IMG/VR virus record: IMGVR_UViG_3300009175_000013
Location: 10,638-74,637 of that record
DNA from: a virus
Strand: one strand, 5' to 3'
Length of the DNA: 64,000 bases
Part shown: in pieces, positions 8,363 to 17,159 of the stretch
How positions within the stretch are numbered: the stretch's first letter is position 1
Layout: the number at the start of each line of letters is the position of its first letter
The notes under the pieces: model-generated
Told to the model about the DNA's origin: nothing
The model's input: only the letters and a program-made list of their open reading frames with translations
Database searches by the model: none
Translations under genes and position numbers: made by a program

Positions 8363-11101
8363 TCATTTGGTCTCGACTGGCTTTGGCTCTTCTTTCTTTG
8401 GCTCTTCTGGCTTCTGTGCTGCTACTGGCTCTTTTGGCTCTTCTTTCGCTGCTGGCTCTTCTTTCTTTCCTGACTTCTTTGCTGCCATTTCTGCTTGCTT
8501 CGCTTTCCACCAATCACTGCCTTCTTGCACACCTTCCGGCTTGCCAGCTTCATCAACCGTAGCTTCACGGCCTTGCGGCTCAGCAGGTTGTTCCGCTGGC
8601 TTACCAGTCAGATTGCTTTCCGTAACGCGGAGCGACTCGATATTGGAATCGAGCCATTCCACAAATTCATCGATCGACGCTTCCTTATCCGAGGCTTCGC
8701 TCAGGAACAAAGCACCGCCGACCATCTCAGCAGGAACGGGGACCTCAATAGCCCCATTTTCGCTGAGGAGCACAAGGGGAGCCTGGCTATTATCCAGAAC
8801 GAACTTGACGCCCTTGTACTCACCAAGGACGGCCTTCTCTTCGCGTTCCAGCCACTTGAGTTTCCCCTCATCAAGCTTATTGATGGAGGAACGCTTGAAG
8901 CCTTGCCGGCCTAGGCGACCCCGGAAGCGTTGCCACTTATACTGGCCCTCAGAAATAACCGTGCCGGTATCCTGAACGCTCTCGGGTGCACCCTGGGCTT
9001 GCTGGTACTGAGCGAGCAGTTGGCCACTGAGATCGGTCACCATCTGCTGCTGGGCCTTAGGATCGGTCACGCCCTGGAGTTGTTGAGCCATACGCTGATT
9101 CTTGCGGATGTAGGCTTCAGCAGCCGCCTGTGCCGCCAAGGGGTCCTTAGCAGCATTGGGGTTGGTGGCGATTTCCTTCTTGAATTCTTCAACATCTTGG
9201 GTGCCGACAGCATCCTCGACGAGCGTGTGGTAGTCCCTATTCAGGTCGGATTCTACCATGCCCTTCGGGAGGCGATAGGGGTCATCCGGGTTTTCTTCAT
9301 CCACGACTTCCGGCTCAACCTTGTTTTCAGCGACAGGCTCGGCTTCCGGCTGGATGATTTCGGCCTTGACGCCTTCAAACTTGGCGAACTCTTTCAGGAG
9401 ATCTGATTCGAGGGACTCAGAGATGGCCGGACCGGCTGGCTCTTTGGACGCTAGGAGATTGCCTCCACCGCCAGCGCCCGCACCGCCCTTAGGTGCGCCA
9501 CCGCCCAATCCGCCTTCTTCCTTCTTCTCGCCGCCTTCGCCGCCACCACCGCCCAGATCGCCAAGGTCGCCAAGGCTATCTAGGTCGAATCCACCCTCTC
9601 CTTCACCGCCCTCGCCACCGGGGGCTGGGGCGGGAGCTGCGGGAGGAGCAGCGGCGGCTGCGATGGCCTTGGGATCGATACCCACCGTTACCACAATAGG
9701 CTTATCGGTAGCACCTGCACCGCTGGTAACTCCAGCTGGTTCTGCTGCTTTGGCTTCGCTACCGGCTGCGGCACCAACTTCAGCGGGGCCGCTTTCCCCG
9801 GCTTGGGAGCCTGGCATTGCGTCAAAATCGTTGAGACCGCCCGCTTCCATGAGCTTCAAGCTACGGCCTGCCGCTTCGAGGGCTTCCATGGCCGCGTGAA
9901 TAGAGGCGGTATCGCCCCTGGTCTCAATATTGTTAATCAATTCGTCGATCTTCTGGACAGTCTGCCCGCCAGCTTCGCCACCATTCTTGATCTTGTCCGC
10001 GAGCATCCGTAGTCCAGCGGCAGCGGCGTTTCGGTCAGTCTCGGTGACTTCCAAGATGGTGGGGAGGAATTGCTCATAGGCCTGCTCAAAGTTCTCGGCT
10101 TTCGCGAGCAAGTCCACATTCTCGAGCATAATGGGGTGCTCGGTCTTTTCGGCGGTCTTGCGCCAGGCGTCGATCAATTCTTCCCGGTTGACCTTGAGGT
10201 TGGTCTTCCGCATCAGGGTGGCCGTATCCCGCACGAGGTCTTCGTTGAAGCAGGCTTTGGTAGCCAACGTTTCGCCAATCAGTTTTTCCCATTGCGGGCC
10301 GTTGAGCAGGCAGAATTCCTGGTGCTCCTTCAGGAATTGCGAACTGAACCCCACTGCGTCAGTCAACTTATCCTGAGAAACCAGGCCGGCCACGCTCTCG
10401 ATCATGGTCTGGAAATTGGGGCTGCGGTAGGCGCTGAGAGCAGCTTCCTGCATGTTGTGGGCGACGAGCTTACGCGTAGTTAGCTCGGTAATCCCCAGGT
10501 CGAAGGATTTGTCTTTGGAGAAGGTGCCTTCGACGCCACCAGATTCACCAATGGTGATCTTATCGGCTAGGAGCTCCACAATCTCTTCGGCAAGTGAGCG
10601 GCCCAAGCTCTTATTTTCGTGGACGGTGACTTGGCGGATGACGCCATCTTTGGTTTTGACGACGCCACTGGAGGGTACGGCGGTGGAACGGAAGCGGCTG
10701 GCCGCAACGCGGTTATAGGCCGCATCGATATCCTTGGCACTGCTCTTCTCGATGGATTCCACGAGAGCGAAACAGGCCTGCTCAAACATCTCAGGCTTGG
10801 TGTCTTCATGGAGTTCGAGTTTCACAATGTTGTTGATCTTGACCCTGCCACCCTTCTCGCGTACATGGTCGGCGATCAGGAATTCATTGGCAGTAGTATC
10901 TTCGATGATGAGCTTGGTAGATTGGAGTGCAGTGAGCTTCCAGGCTGCTCCCTGCTGTTCTCCCAGTCTCCGCACCGCATCCTCAAAGAAAGCGATTTGG
11001 GCTTGGGCTGACCCGTTGATCGCGGACAAGAACTTACGGGTATCCATAGTCACCTTCGCGGGGACGGACGCCGAAGTTTCCTGATTGCGCTGTTGGGACA
11101 T
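8363..11101 (-). CDS. large acidic prohead core/internal protein
   Basis: lies between portal and protease; many (L/I/V)xE sites; low-complexity linkers; GGAG SD before MSQQ. Confidence 0.7.
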   Translation of the reverse strand: MSQQRNQETSASVPAKVTMDTRKFLSAINGSAQAQIAFFEDAVRRLGEQQGAAWKLTALQSTKLIIEDTTANEFLIADHVREKGGRVKINNIVKLELHEDTKPEMFEQACFALVESIEKSSAKDIDAAYNRVAASRFRSTAVPSSGVVKTKDGVIRQVTVHENKSLGRSLAEEIVELLADKITIGESGGVEGTFSKDKSFDLGITELTTRKLVAHNMQEAALSAYRSPNFQTMIESVAGLVSQDKLTDAVGFSSQFLKEHQEFCLLNGPQWEKLIGETLATKACFNEDLVRDTATLMRKTNLKVNREELIDAWRKTAEKTEHPIMLENVDLLAKAENFEQAYEQFLPTILEVTETDRNAAAAGLRMLADKIKNGGEAGGQTVQKIDELINNIETRGDTASIHAAMEALEAAGRSLKLMEAGGLNDFDAMPGSQAGESGPAEVGAAAGSEAKAAEPAGVTSGAGATDKPIVVTVGIDPKAIAAAAAPPAAPAPAPGGEGGEGEGGFDLDSLGDLGDLGGGGGEGGEKKEEGGLGGGAPKGGAGAGGGGNLLASKEPAGPAISESLESDLLKEFAKFEGVKAEIIQPEAEPVAENKVEPEVVDEENPDDPYRLPKGMVESDLNRDYHTLVEDAVGTQDVEEFKKEIATNPNAAKDPLAAQAAAEAYIRKNQRMAQQLQGVTDPKAQQQMVTDLSGQLLAQYQQAQGAPESVQDTGTVISEGQYKWQRFRGRLGRQGFKRSSINKLDEGKLKWLEREEKAVLGEYKGVKFVLDNSQAPLVLLSENGAIEVPVPAEMVGGALFLSEASDKEASIDEFVEWLDSNIESLRVTESNLTGKPAEQPAEPQGREATVDEAGKPEGVQEGSDWWKAKQAEMAAKKSGKKEEPAAKEEPKEPVAAQKPEEPKKEEPKPVETK

Positions 11102-11151
11102 TGCCATACTCCGATACAATGGACCTTGGATTCTGAATTATTTTTGAATAA

Positions 11152-14049
11152 CTATTGGTCTTTCTGGACCAATATATTATAAATCTCTGTGGCAGCTTTC
11201 TTCCGCACTTCCTTAGAGATGCTGTGCTCAATGATGAGCTTCTGCTCAGCACCCTTACGAAGGCCATCAACTTCATGGAAACTAAGCACATGCTGGTATG
11301 CCGAGTTGGTCACGCCATTACGTTTTTCGTCAAGTTTCTCGATGAATTCCCGAATCATCTTGCCGCGGCGCATCTTCCTCTGCTCCGAAATCAGCCGTTT
11401 GTAGTCGTGGTCTAGTCTTTCGCCTAGGCCACCTAGTCCACCAGCTCCGGCACCCGCGCCTGCGCCTCCGGCACCTGCTCCAGCTCCAGCTCCGGCTCCA
11501 GCTCCTAGGCCAGCCCCAGCACCACCAGCTGGCGGTTTGCCGAGACCCTTATCCATCCCGCCCTCTTTCTTATCCTTATCCCCAGCAATCTTCGGCAACT
11601 TATCAGCACCACCAGGAGGCGGCTTGGGTGCTCCACCCAATCCCCCGCCGCCACCGCCCAGCCCACCCTCTTCATCCTGTAGATCACCAGCTTCCGACAT
11701 AATTGCAGATAGCTCATCGATCTCATCTGGGCTAAGATCCGAAAACCGCGTGACAATCCATTCCTTTGGGAACCATCCCAGTTCCTTCAGGTCACTCATC
11801 ACTGCAGTACGGCTCTGCCAGGTTTCCATACGGTATAGCTCATCGATAGCGCTGGAAGCACTCATCCCGATCTCAAACCCTTTGAGATCTTCAATGGTGA
11901 ATCCCTTCATGGCCAGATGGCAGATAGCAACTTTGGTGAGGCCCATTGCGACTTCGCGCTGAACCCATTGTACTGATTTGGCGAATTCGGCATCCGTGGA
12001 GGAAAGGGACTTGCCCTGCTCTTCACCCGCGCCCTCACCAATGCCCACTCGCTTAAAGGGGATCTTGGTTGGTGCAACCATCTTCTTTTTGAAGTATTCG
12101 ATGTCCTTGATTTGGTCAAGGTTCTCGGCCCCCTCGAGAGTGTCGATGCTCGGGGCAGTCCCATCGGGACGAACCGGCAGGAAGAAATCATCTTCCTGGA
12201 TGAGTGGGGAGAACCGCTCGTTGAACTGGCCAGTGCGGGGATCGTAGAATTTCTGCTGTTTGAACATCCGGGCCACGGCCTGCATGAATTCTGGGATGTC
12301 TTTGGCAGCGATATTGCCCACTGGGATCTTGAAGATTCTTTTCTCAGGAGCCCTAGTGATACGGTAGATGAGGGCCGCATCTTCCATGAGCCGGAGTTGT
12401 TTGAAGGCTTTGCGTCCACCTTCCATAATCGCCCGACCATATGGGTGATAGATGTTGGCGTAGTCGGTCAGGCGGAGGTGCATGACCTGCCATGGGTGCA
12501 TAAATTGGGGTTCTTCCATTACTTCATCTTGGTGGAAGAATCCTACTAGGTCACCGTGCTTGGTTTCAATGCGGGTGAAGTTGTACACGTTAACGAAACG
12601 AAGGGATGCCACTCCATCGCGATCACGCGTGGGGACGATCTCATATGGGGCGTCGCCATATTTGCACAGGTACCTGACCATGGGGCGGACGTAATTGTCG
12701 ATGAGAAGCTGGCTAAAGAACAACTCTTCGAGGGCGTGCTTGACGGCGTGGGTTTTGGCCTTGATTACGATGGTGTGCTTGCGTTCGGGATCTACTAAAC
12801 TGGCTTCGTCACTATTGTGGACAATAATCCATGACGACTCAGTACCGGCTGCAAAGCAATTATATCCATCAACTTCGATATCATATACCTCAGTAGCGGA
12901 TTCGCAGGGCGTAACCGAGATAACTTTGTGATTACCAACAGCGGCCATTCTAAAATCAACTAGATTAGTATTATGCCTTTCAAACAGCCTAAGAATAACT
13001 CGCTGAGCACATCCCAGATTGTGTGCTATTTTGCGCACGCTACCCAGATCGCCACCATTATTAATGTAATTTAATAAATCATCCCAGGTAACCACTGAAT
13101 ATTCGGCTGTCCTGCGGAAAGATTTACCACTTAGGTTCAATTGCATTCCGCGATTGCGGCAATGTGGAGCCATTTTGCATCTATATTCTGAGTTTTGCCA
13201 TTTCAATTTGGCCGCCTCAGAACACTTAATACGCTTTGATTCGCGGGCCTCACCAGTTAATTTACCAAGACCTCTGTGCAACTCGGCATGGTCTGCCCAC
13301 GTCATCAATTTGAAATTTTCTGGTGAATTATTATACTTATTTAAGTCACAATGGTGTATTACACCCTTGCGCTCACCAAACAATTTCTCCCACACCCATT
13401 GGTGGGTGGCCTGCCACCTCTGATCTTCTAATTGAATAAATTCATATTCACGATTTACCAACCCATCATGCAATTTTGATAGGGGCGGCTTTCTGGTTTT
13501 ATATAATGGAACGACTGATTCGCCAGCGCTTAACTTAGCCGCCTCGACCCAGCCATTTTTCTTAGTTAAAATTTTATGGTTAGGGGTGCATTTAATAGTC
13601 AATCCATCATCAAATAACACTTCAACCATTTTAGCATTGCGACCAGAAACATGGGGGTTCCTGGCTTTAGCTGGCACATACCGCCCATTTGTAACGTCAT
13701 AGGCATACACCCAAAATTCGGCATCTATCCCTTTGCTAGCTAATTCTCTAATAGTTGGGTGTGTTCCATCAAGCAGTGGGATTATGGTATCACCATGCAA
13801 ACAATATAGATCGAGGGCCAGGGACATTTCCCCGGTTTCATCCATTTGGTCGTAGTCTTTGTACCGCTCCAGCCGGTTGATTTGGAGGTTGGTCTGGTTC
13901 AGGAGCATCTGCTGCTGGTTGAAGTTCAGCAGTTCATTGCCTGCCATGATGCGTAGCAGGTCAGATTGGTCCTGGAATAGACGCTCTTGCTGATAGATAT
14001 TAGCTGAGCGTGCTAGGGATCTGATTCTATCAAATAAATGCCAGCTCAT
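11152..14049 (-). CDS. gp20: portal protein (T4 gp20-like) containing an intein
   Basis: QLRLMEDAALIYRITRAPEKRIFKIPVGN, EDDFFLP, IDTLEGAENLDQIKDIEYFKKK. Confidence 0.95.
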   Translation of the reverse strand: MSWHLFDRIRSLARSANIYQQERLFQDQSDLLRIMAGNELLNFNQQQMLLNQTNLQINRLERYKDYDQMDETGEMSLALDLYCLHGDTIIPLLDGTHPTIRELASKGIDAEFWVYAYDVTNGRYVPAKARNPHVSGRNAKMVEVLFDDGLTIKCTPNHKILTKKNGWVEAAKLSAGESVVPLYKTRKPPLSKLHDGLVNREYEFIQLEDQRWQATHQWVWEKLFGERKGVIHHCDLNKYNNSPENFKLMTWADHAELHRGLGKLTGEARESKRIKCSEAAKLKWQNSEYRCKMAPHCRNRGMQLNLSGKSFRRTAEYSVVTWDDLLNYINNGGDLGSVRKIAHNLGCAQRVILRLFERHNTNLVDFRMAAVGNHKVISVTPCESATEVYDIEVDGYNCFAAGTESSWIIVHNSDEASLVDPERKHTIVIKAKTHAVKHALEELFFSQLLIDNYVRPMVRYLCKYGDAPYEIVPTRDRDGVASLRFVNVYNFTRIETKHGDLVGFFHQDEVMEEPQFMHPWQVMHLRLTDYANIYHPYGRAIMEGGRKAFKQLRLMEDAALIYRITRAPEKRIFKIPVGNIAAKDIPEFMQAVARMFKQQKFYDPRTGQFNERFSPLIQEDDFFLPVRPDGTAPSIDTLEGAENLDQIKDIEYFKKKMVAPTKIPFKRVGIGEGAGEEQGKSLSSTDAEFAKSVQWVQREVAMGLTKVAICHLAMKGFTIEDLKGFEIGMSASSAIDELYRMETWQSRTAVMSDLKELGWFPKEWIVTRFSDLSPDEIDELSAIMSEAGDLQDEEGGLGGGGGGLGGAPKPPPGGADKLPKIAGDKDKKEGGMDKGLGKPPAGGAGAGLGAGAGAGAGAGAGGAGAGAGAGGLGGLGERLDHDYKRLISEQRKMRRGKMIREFIEKLDEKRNGVTNSAYQHVLSFHEVDGLRKGAEQKLIIEHSISKEVRKKAATEIYNILVQKDQ
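12814..13803 (-). mobile_element. intein (330 aa) with HNH endonuclease in the portal gene
   Basis: Y|CLHGDT...KCTPNHKI...VYDIEV...IIVHN|S; internal IHHCDLNKYNNSPENF..MTWADHAELH; AT-rich relative to the exteins. Confidence 0.93.
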
Positions 14050-14072
14050 TTATACTCCGGTCACTCCGGCAT

Positions 14073-14723
14073 TTATGGTTGGTCTTCATTTATGTCCGAT
14101 GCGGGAGCGTCGCGCAACAGACCGACCAGATCCATATTCTGGCCCTCGGTTTCAATATTTTTGATGGCTGCAGCCATCTTGGCCATCGAATCAAGTAGTT
14201 TACTCGAGTTCATAGAAGTTGCCGCTCTGGTAGCTACCAGAGTGGTGATAGCCTCGATGTACATCTGTTTGGTCTCAGCGGGAACGTCGATCCTACTAGT
14301 AAATAAATTTAGGTAGTAGTCGATCTTCGCTCGGTCATCCTTAAGATTGGACCAGATTGCCCCCTGGATACCAGAAAATTCAGCCGCGATTTTGTGCATT
14401 AGGGATGCGATCTGGTCGTTGGCTTTACCAGAGGCTAGTTGCTCAGCAGTGATTGGCGCAACTCTAATTTCTTGGGGAGTCTTGGCTTTGGCCAGTACTG
14501 GATCCTCTTTAACCTCCTTGGGCTCTTTCCCTTCCTCCTTTTTGTCGTCCTTCTTGACTAGGCTGGGGCGTTTGGATTTGGCTGGGGATCCGGATGGCGA
14601 TGTGGTAGGGGCCTCGGGGGCTTCAAGTTCCTCTTCCTCTGGGCCTAGATTTGGGTCTGACTCGTCCAGGGCGGACAGCAGCTTCTCAAGGTCATCCTGG
14701 TCTTTGTCTGGGGTATCAGCCAT
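14073..14723 (-). CDS. putative terminase small subunit
   Basis: position between portal and TerL; helical C-half with YIEAITTLV. Confidence 0.5.
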   Translation of the reverse strand: MADTPDKDQDDLEKLLSALDESDPNLGPEEEELEAPEAPTTSPSGSPAKSKRPSLVKKDDKKEEGKEPKEVKEDPVLAKAKTPQEIRVAPITAEQLASGKANDQIASLMHKIAAEFSGIQGAIWSNLKDDRAKIDYYLNLFTSRIDVPAETKQMYIEAITTLVATRAATSMNSSKLLDSMAKMAAAIKNIETEGQNMDLVGLLRDAPASDINEDQP

Positions 14724-14741
14724 TCGTTACGACTCCTGCTT

Positions 14742-14759
14742 TAAATTTGACCAAATATA
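14742..14759. promoter_or_regulatory. back-to-back CAAAnnTA motifs (putative divergent late promoters)
   Basis: taaatttg-ac-caaatata between the divergent terS and terL genes. Confidence 0.6.
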
Positions 14760-14779
14760 ATATAGTATTGGGAAATAGT

Positions 14780-17101
14780 ATGGCCAATCACGAAGAAATT
14801 GCGAAATTCATCGCGGACTGCCGACAATCTGCCACCTTCTTCATGGAAAACAGTTGCCGCATCAAGCATCCCCTTATTGGTATCATACCGTTCAAGCTTT
14901 TTGGATACCAAAGACAAAGTCTGTTCAGCCTCCGGAAAAACCGCTTCAACATCTTCAAGAAATGCCGCCAGTGCCTCGCCGAAGGATCCCCTGTCCAAGC
15001 CCCCGGTGGAGACATCCCCATCGAGAACGTAAGAGCAGGCGATACAGTATTTACACTCAACCGAAAGTCAGAATCCATAGAGCTGGCCACCGTCGAGCAG
15101 CTCCATGATAACGGAGTCGCCCAATGCTATCAAATAACCATGGCCTCGCGCCGTAAAATCATCCTGACCATGGACCACCGCATTCTCACCTACGAAGGCA
15201 TGAAAGAAGTCGCAGAGCTCCGCGTCGGAGACCACCTGGTAGAACTGAATGCACACACTACCAGCAGAATTGCAGAGATCGCGGCAGTGGGCCAACGCCG
15301 CGTCTATGATCTCACCATCCCACCCCACCATAATTATATCGTCAACGACCTAATCGTACACAACTGCGGAATTTCCACCTTGACTGGGATATACGCCCTC
15401 TGGGTGGCAATGTTCTTTGGGAATAAAAAGATTCTGATCGTCTCGAAGCGTGACTTGGACGCCAAAAGCTTCCTCGATGACAACATCAAGCTGGTATACA
15501 ACAACTTGCCGGCATGGATGCGGGAAATCTGGAAAACTCCTATCCTTAACGAGCATGAATTGGGATTCCAGAATGGTTCAATAATCCGCTCACTAACTTC
15601 CAGCCCGGACACCCTACGGTCCAACGCTTCATCATTGAATATCATCGACGAAGCTGCGTTCATGCCCGACATGGAAACGATGTGGTCTGGCGGCTGGTCT
15701 ACCCTCCAACACGGCGGATCGGCTGTAATCATCAGCACGCCCAATGGCCAGGGTAACTGGTACTGGGATAAATGGACGGACGCCGAAGACAAGACCGGCA
15801 TCTTTAACCCACTCCTCATCAACTGGTGGGATATGGACTGGGTCATTCAGTCCAAAGACCAGATCAGCGGCAACACTATTCGGATCGCCCCAACCGATGG
15901 CATTAGAAAATGCACAACACCAGCCGAGCGCGATAAATGGGGTCCGTACTGGTCGCCCTGGCTCGAGAATGAGTATAAGGGTCTGCAGGCCAGAGGCGAA
16001 GCCCATCTCTTCAAACAAGAAATCCTCGGACAGTTCATTGGTGGCGGCGGCACCATTATCACTACTATGGCTCTTGAGAACGTAGGTAAGACAGTCGAAG
16101 CCTCAGAGGACCCACAAACTGTAGCTGAACCAATTAGCTGGACCAATCAAGGCACAGGAACAACCGAATATATTGATTTTTCTCCCAACGAGCCTCGTGA
16201 GGGCCTCTGGATCTGGAAAAAGCCAGATGCCGGAAAGCCCACCAAATATCATAATGGTAGAGTAATAGACCCAGGTGAGCCAGGCCATGCCTACGTAGCT
16301 GGGGTCGATACCGCCACCGGCGAGAACAACGACTACCACGCTATTGAAGTGTACGACACTTCGACGATGGAACAAGTAGCTGAATACATGGGGCGTGTCC
16401 CCATTGCCCAATTCGCTAAGATGGTGGATTGGATAGGCAGATGGTACAACGATGCCTTAGTTAATCCAGAACGCACTGGCGTAGGTGCAGCTCTCGTGCA
16501 AGAATTGCGCGGGATGCTCTACCCAAATCTGTGGCGGATGAAGCGGTCTCGATTGATTAGGCCAGGAGTACACAGCCCCACCGGTCCGGGCATCTCACTG
16601 GGACCCGAGGGATTTTCCACGACTCCAGCGAGCAAACCAGCTCTTAATAAGGCCCTGATCGAGTTCATCGGCGAGAAGGAGGATGAGGGGTATGCGATCA
16701 GAAGCCCACGGCTATACAAGCAACTACAGATTTATATTCGGCATAAGAATCGCCAGGGCATCGAAACCAAGCGGACTGGTGCTCAGACTGGAAGAGGCAA
16801 CTTCGACGATTTGGTTATTGCCACTGCTCTCGCTTTTATCGCCGCGCCTGACGTGATCGATATAAATCCGATTGGCTTGATCCCAACACACAGCAAGCAA
16901 GTTGGTACTTCACCGATTCCTACCAGGCCAGATATGAGTACGGTGACGGACCAGCGGGTGTTGATGCCTTTAACCTATTCAAGTATTAGTCGGAATGCCC
17001 CCACCGTGGCCGAGCAGGTAGATGCCTTCGCTCGTCAACTGGTGGCTGGCCAGAGCCAGGTCCTCCCAGCTTCCCGCCAACCCAAAAAGTTCTATAGATA
17101 A
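14780..17101 (+). CDS. terL: terminase large subunit (gp17-like) containing a mini-intein
   Basis: KCRQ|CGIST Walker A region, IIDEAAF Walker B, ISTPNG, YVAGVDTATG, FDDLVIATAL. Confidence 0.96.
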   Translation: MANHEEIAKFIADCRQSATFFMENSCRIKHPLIGIIPFKLFGYQRQSLFSLRKNRFNIFKKCRQCLAEGSPVQAPGGDIPIENVRAGDTVFTLNRKSESIELATVEQLHDNGVAQCYQITMASRRKIILTMDHRILTYEGMKEVAELRVGDHLVELNAHTTSRIAEIAAVGQRRVYDLTIPPHHNYIVNDLIVHNCGISTLTGIYALWVAMFFGNKKILIVSKRDLDAKSFLDDNIKLVYNNLPAWMREIWKTPILNEHELGFQNGSIIRSLTSSPDTLRSNASSLNIIDEAAFMPDMETMWSGGWSTLQHGGSAVIISTPNGQGNWYWDKWTDAEDKTGIFNPLLINWWDMDWVIQSKDQISGNTIRIAPTDGIRKCTTPAERDKWGPYWSPWLENEYKGLQARGEAHLFKQEILGQFIGGGGTIITTMALENVGKTVEASEDPQTVAEPISWTNQGTGTTEYIDFSPNEPREGLWIWKKPDAGKPTKYHNGRVIDPGEPGHAYVAGVDTATGENNDYHAIEVYDTSTMEQVAEYMGRVPIAQFAKMVDWIGRWYNDALVNPERTGVGAALVQELRGMLYPNLWRMKRSRLIRPGVHSPTGPGISLGPEGFSTTPASKPALNKALIEFIGEKEDEGYAIRSPRLYKQLQIYIRHKNRQGIETKRTGAQTGRGNFDDLVIATALAFIAAPDVIDINPIGLIPTHSKQVGTSPIPTRPDMSTVTDQRVLMPLTYSSISRNAPTVAEQVDAFARQLVAGQSQVLPASRQPKKFYR
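14972..15364 (+). mobile_element. mini-intein (131 aa) in the TerL Walker A motif
   Basis: Q|CLAEGS...LTMDHRIL...VYDLTI...LIVHN|C; no endonuclease domain. Confidence 0.93.
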
Positions 17102-17102
17102 T

Positions 17103-17141
17103 TTAACGCCCCTATTGGCGACGCGCCTTTAGGGGCGTTAA
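17103..17141. terminator. bidirectional terminator-like hairpin
   Basis: ttaacgccccta/taggggcgttaa between convergent genes. Confidence 0.75.
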
Positions 17142-17159
17142 TGAAGTGGGTGGTCACGC

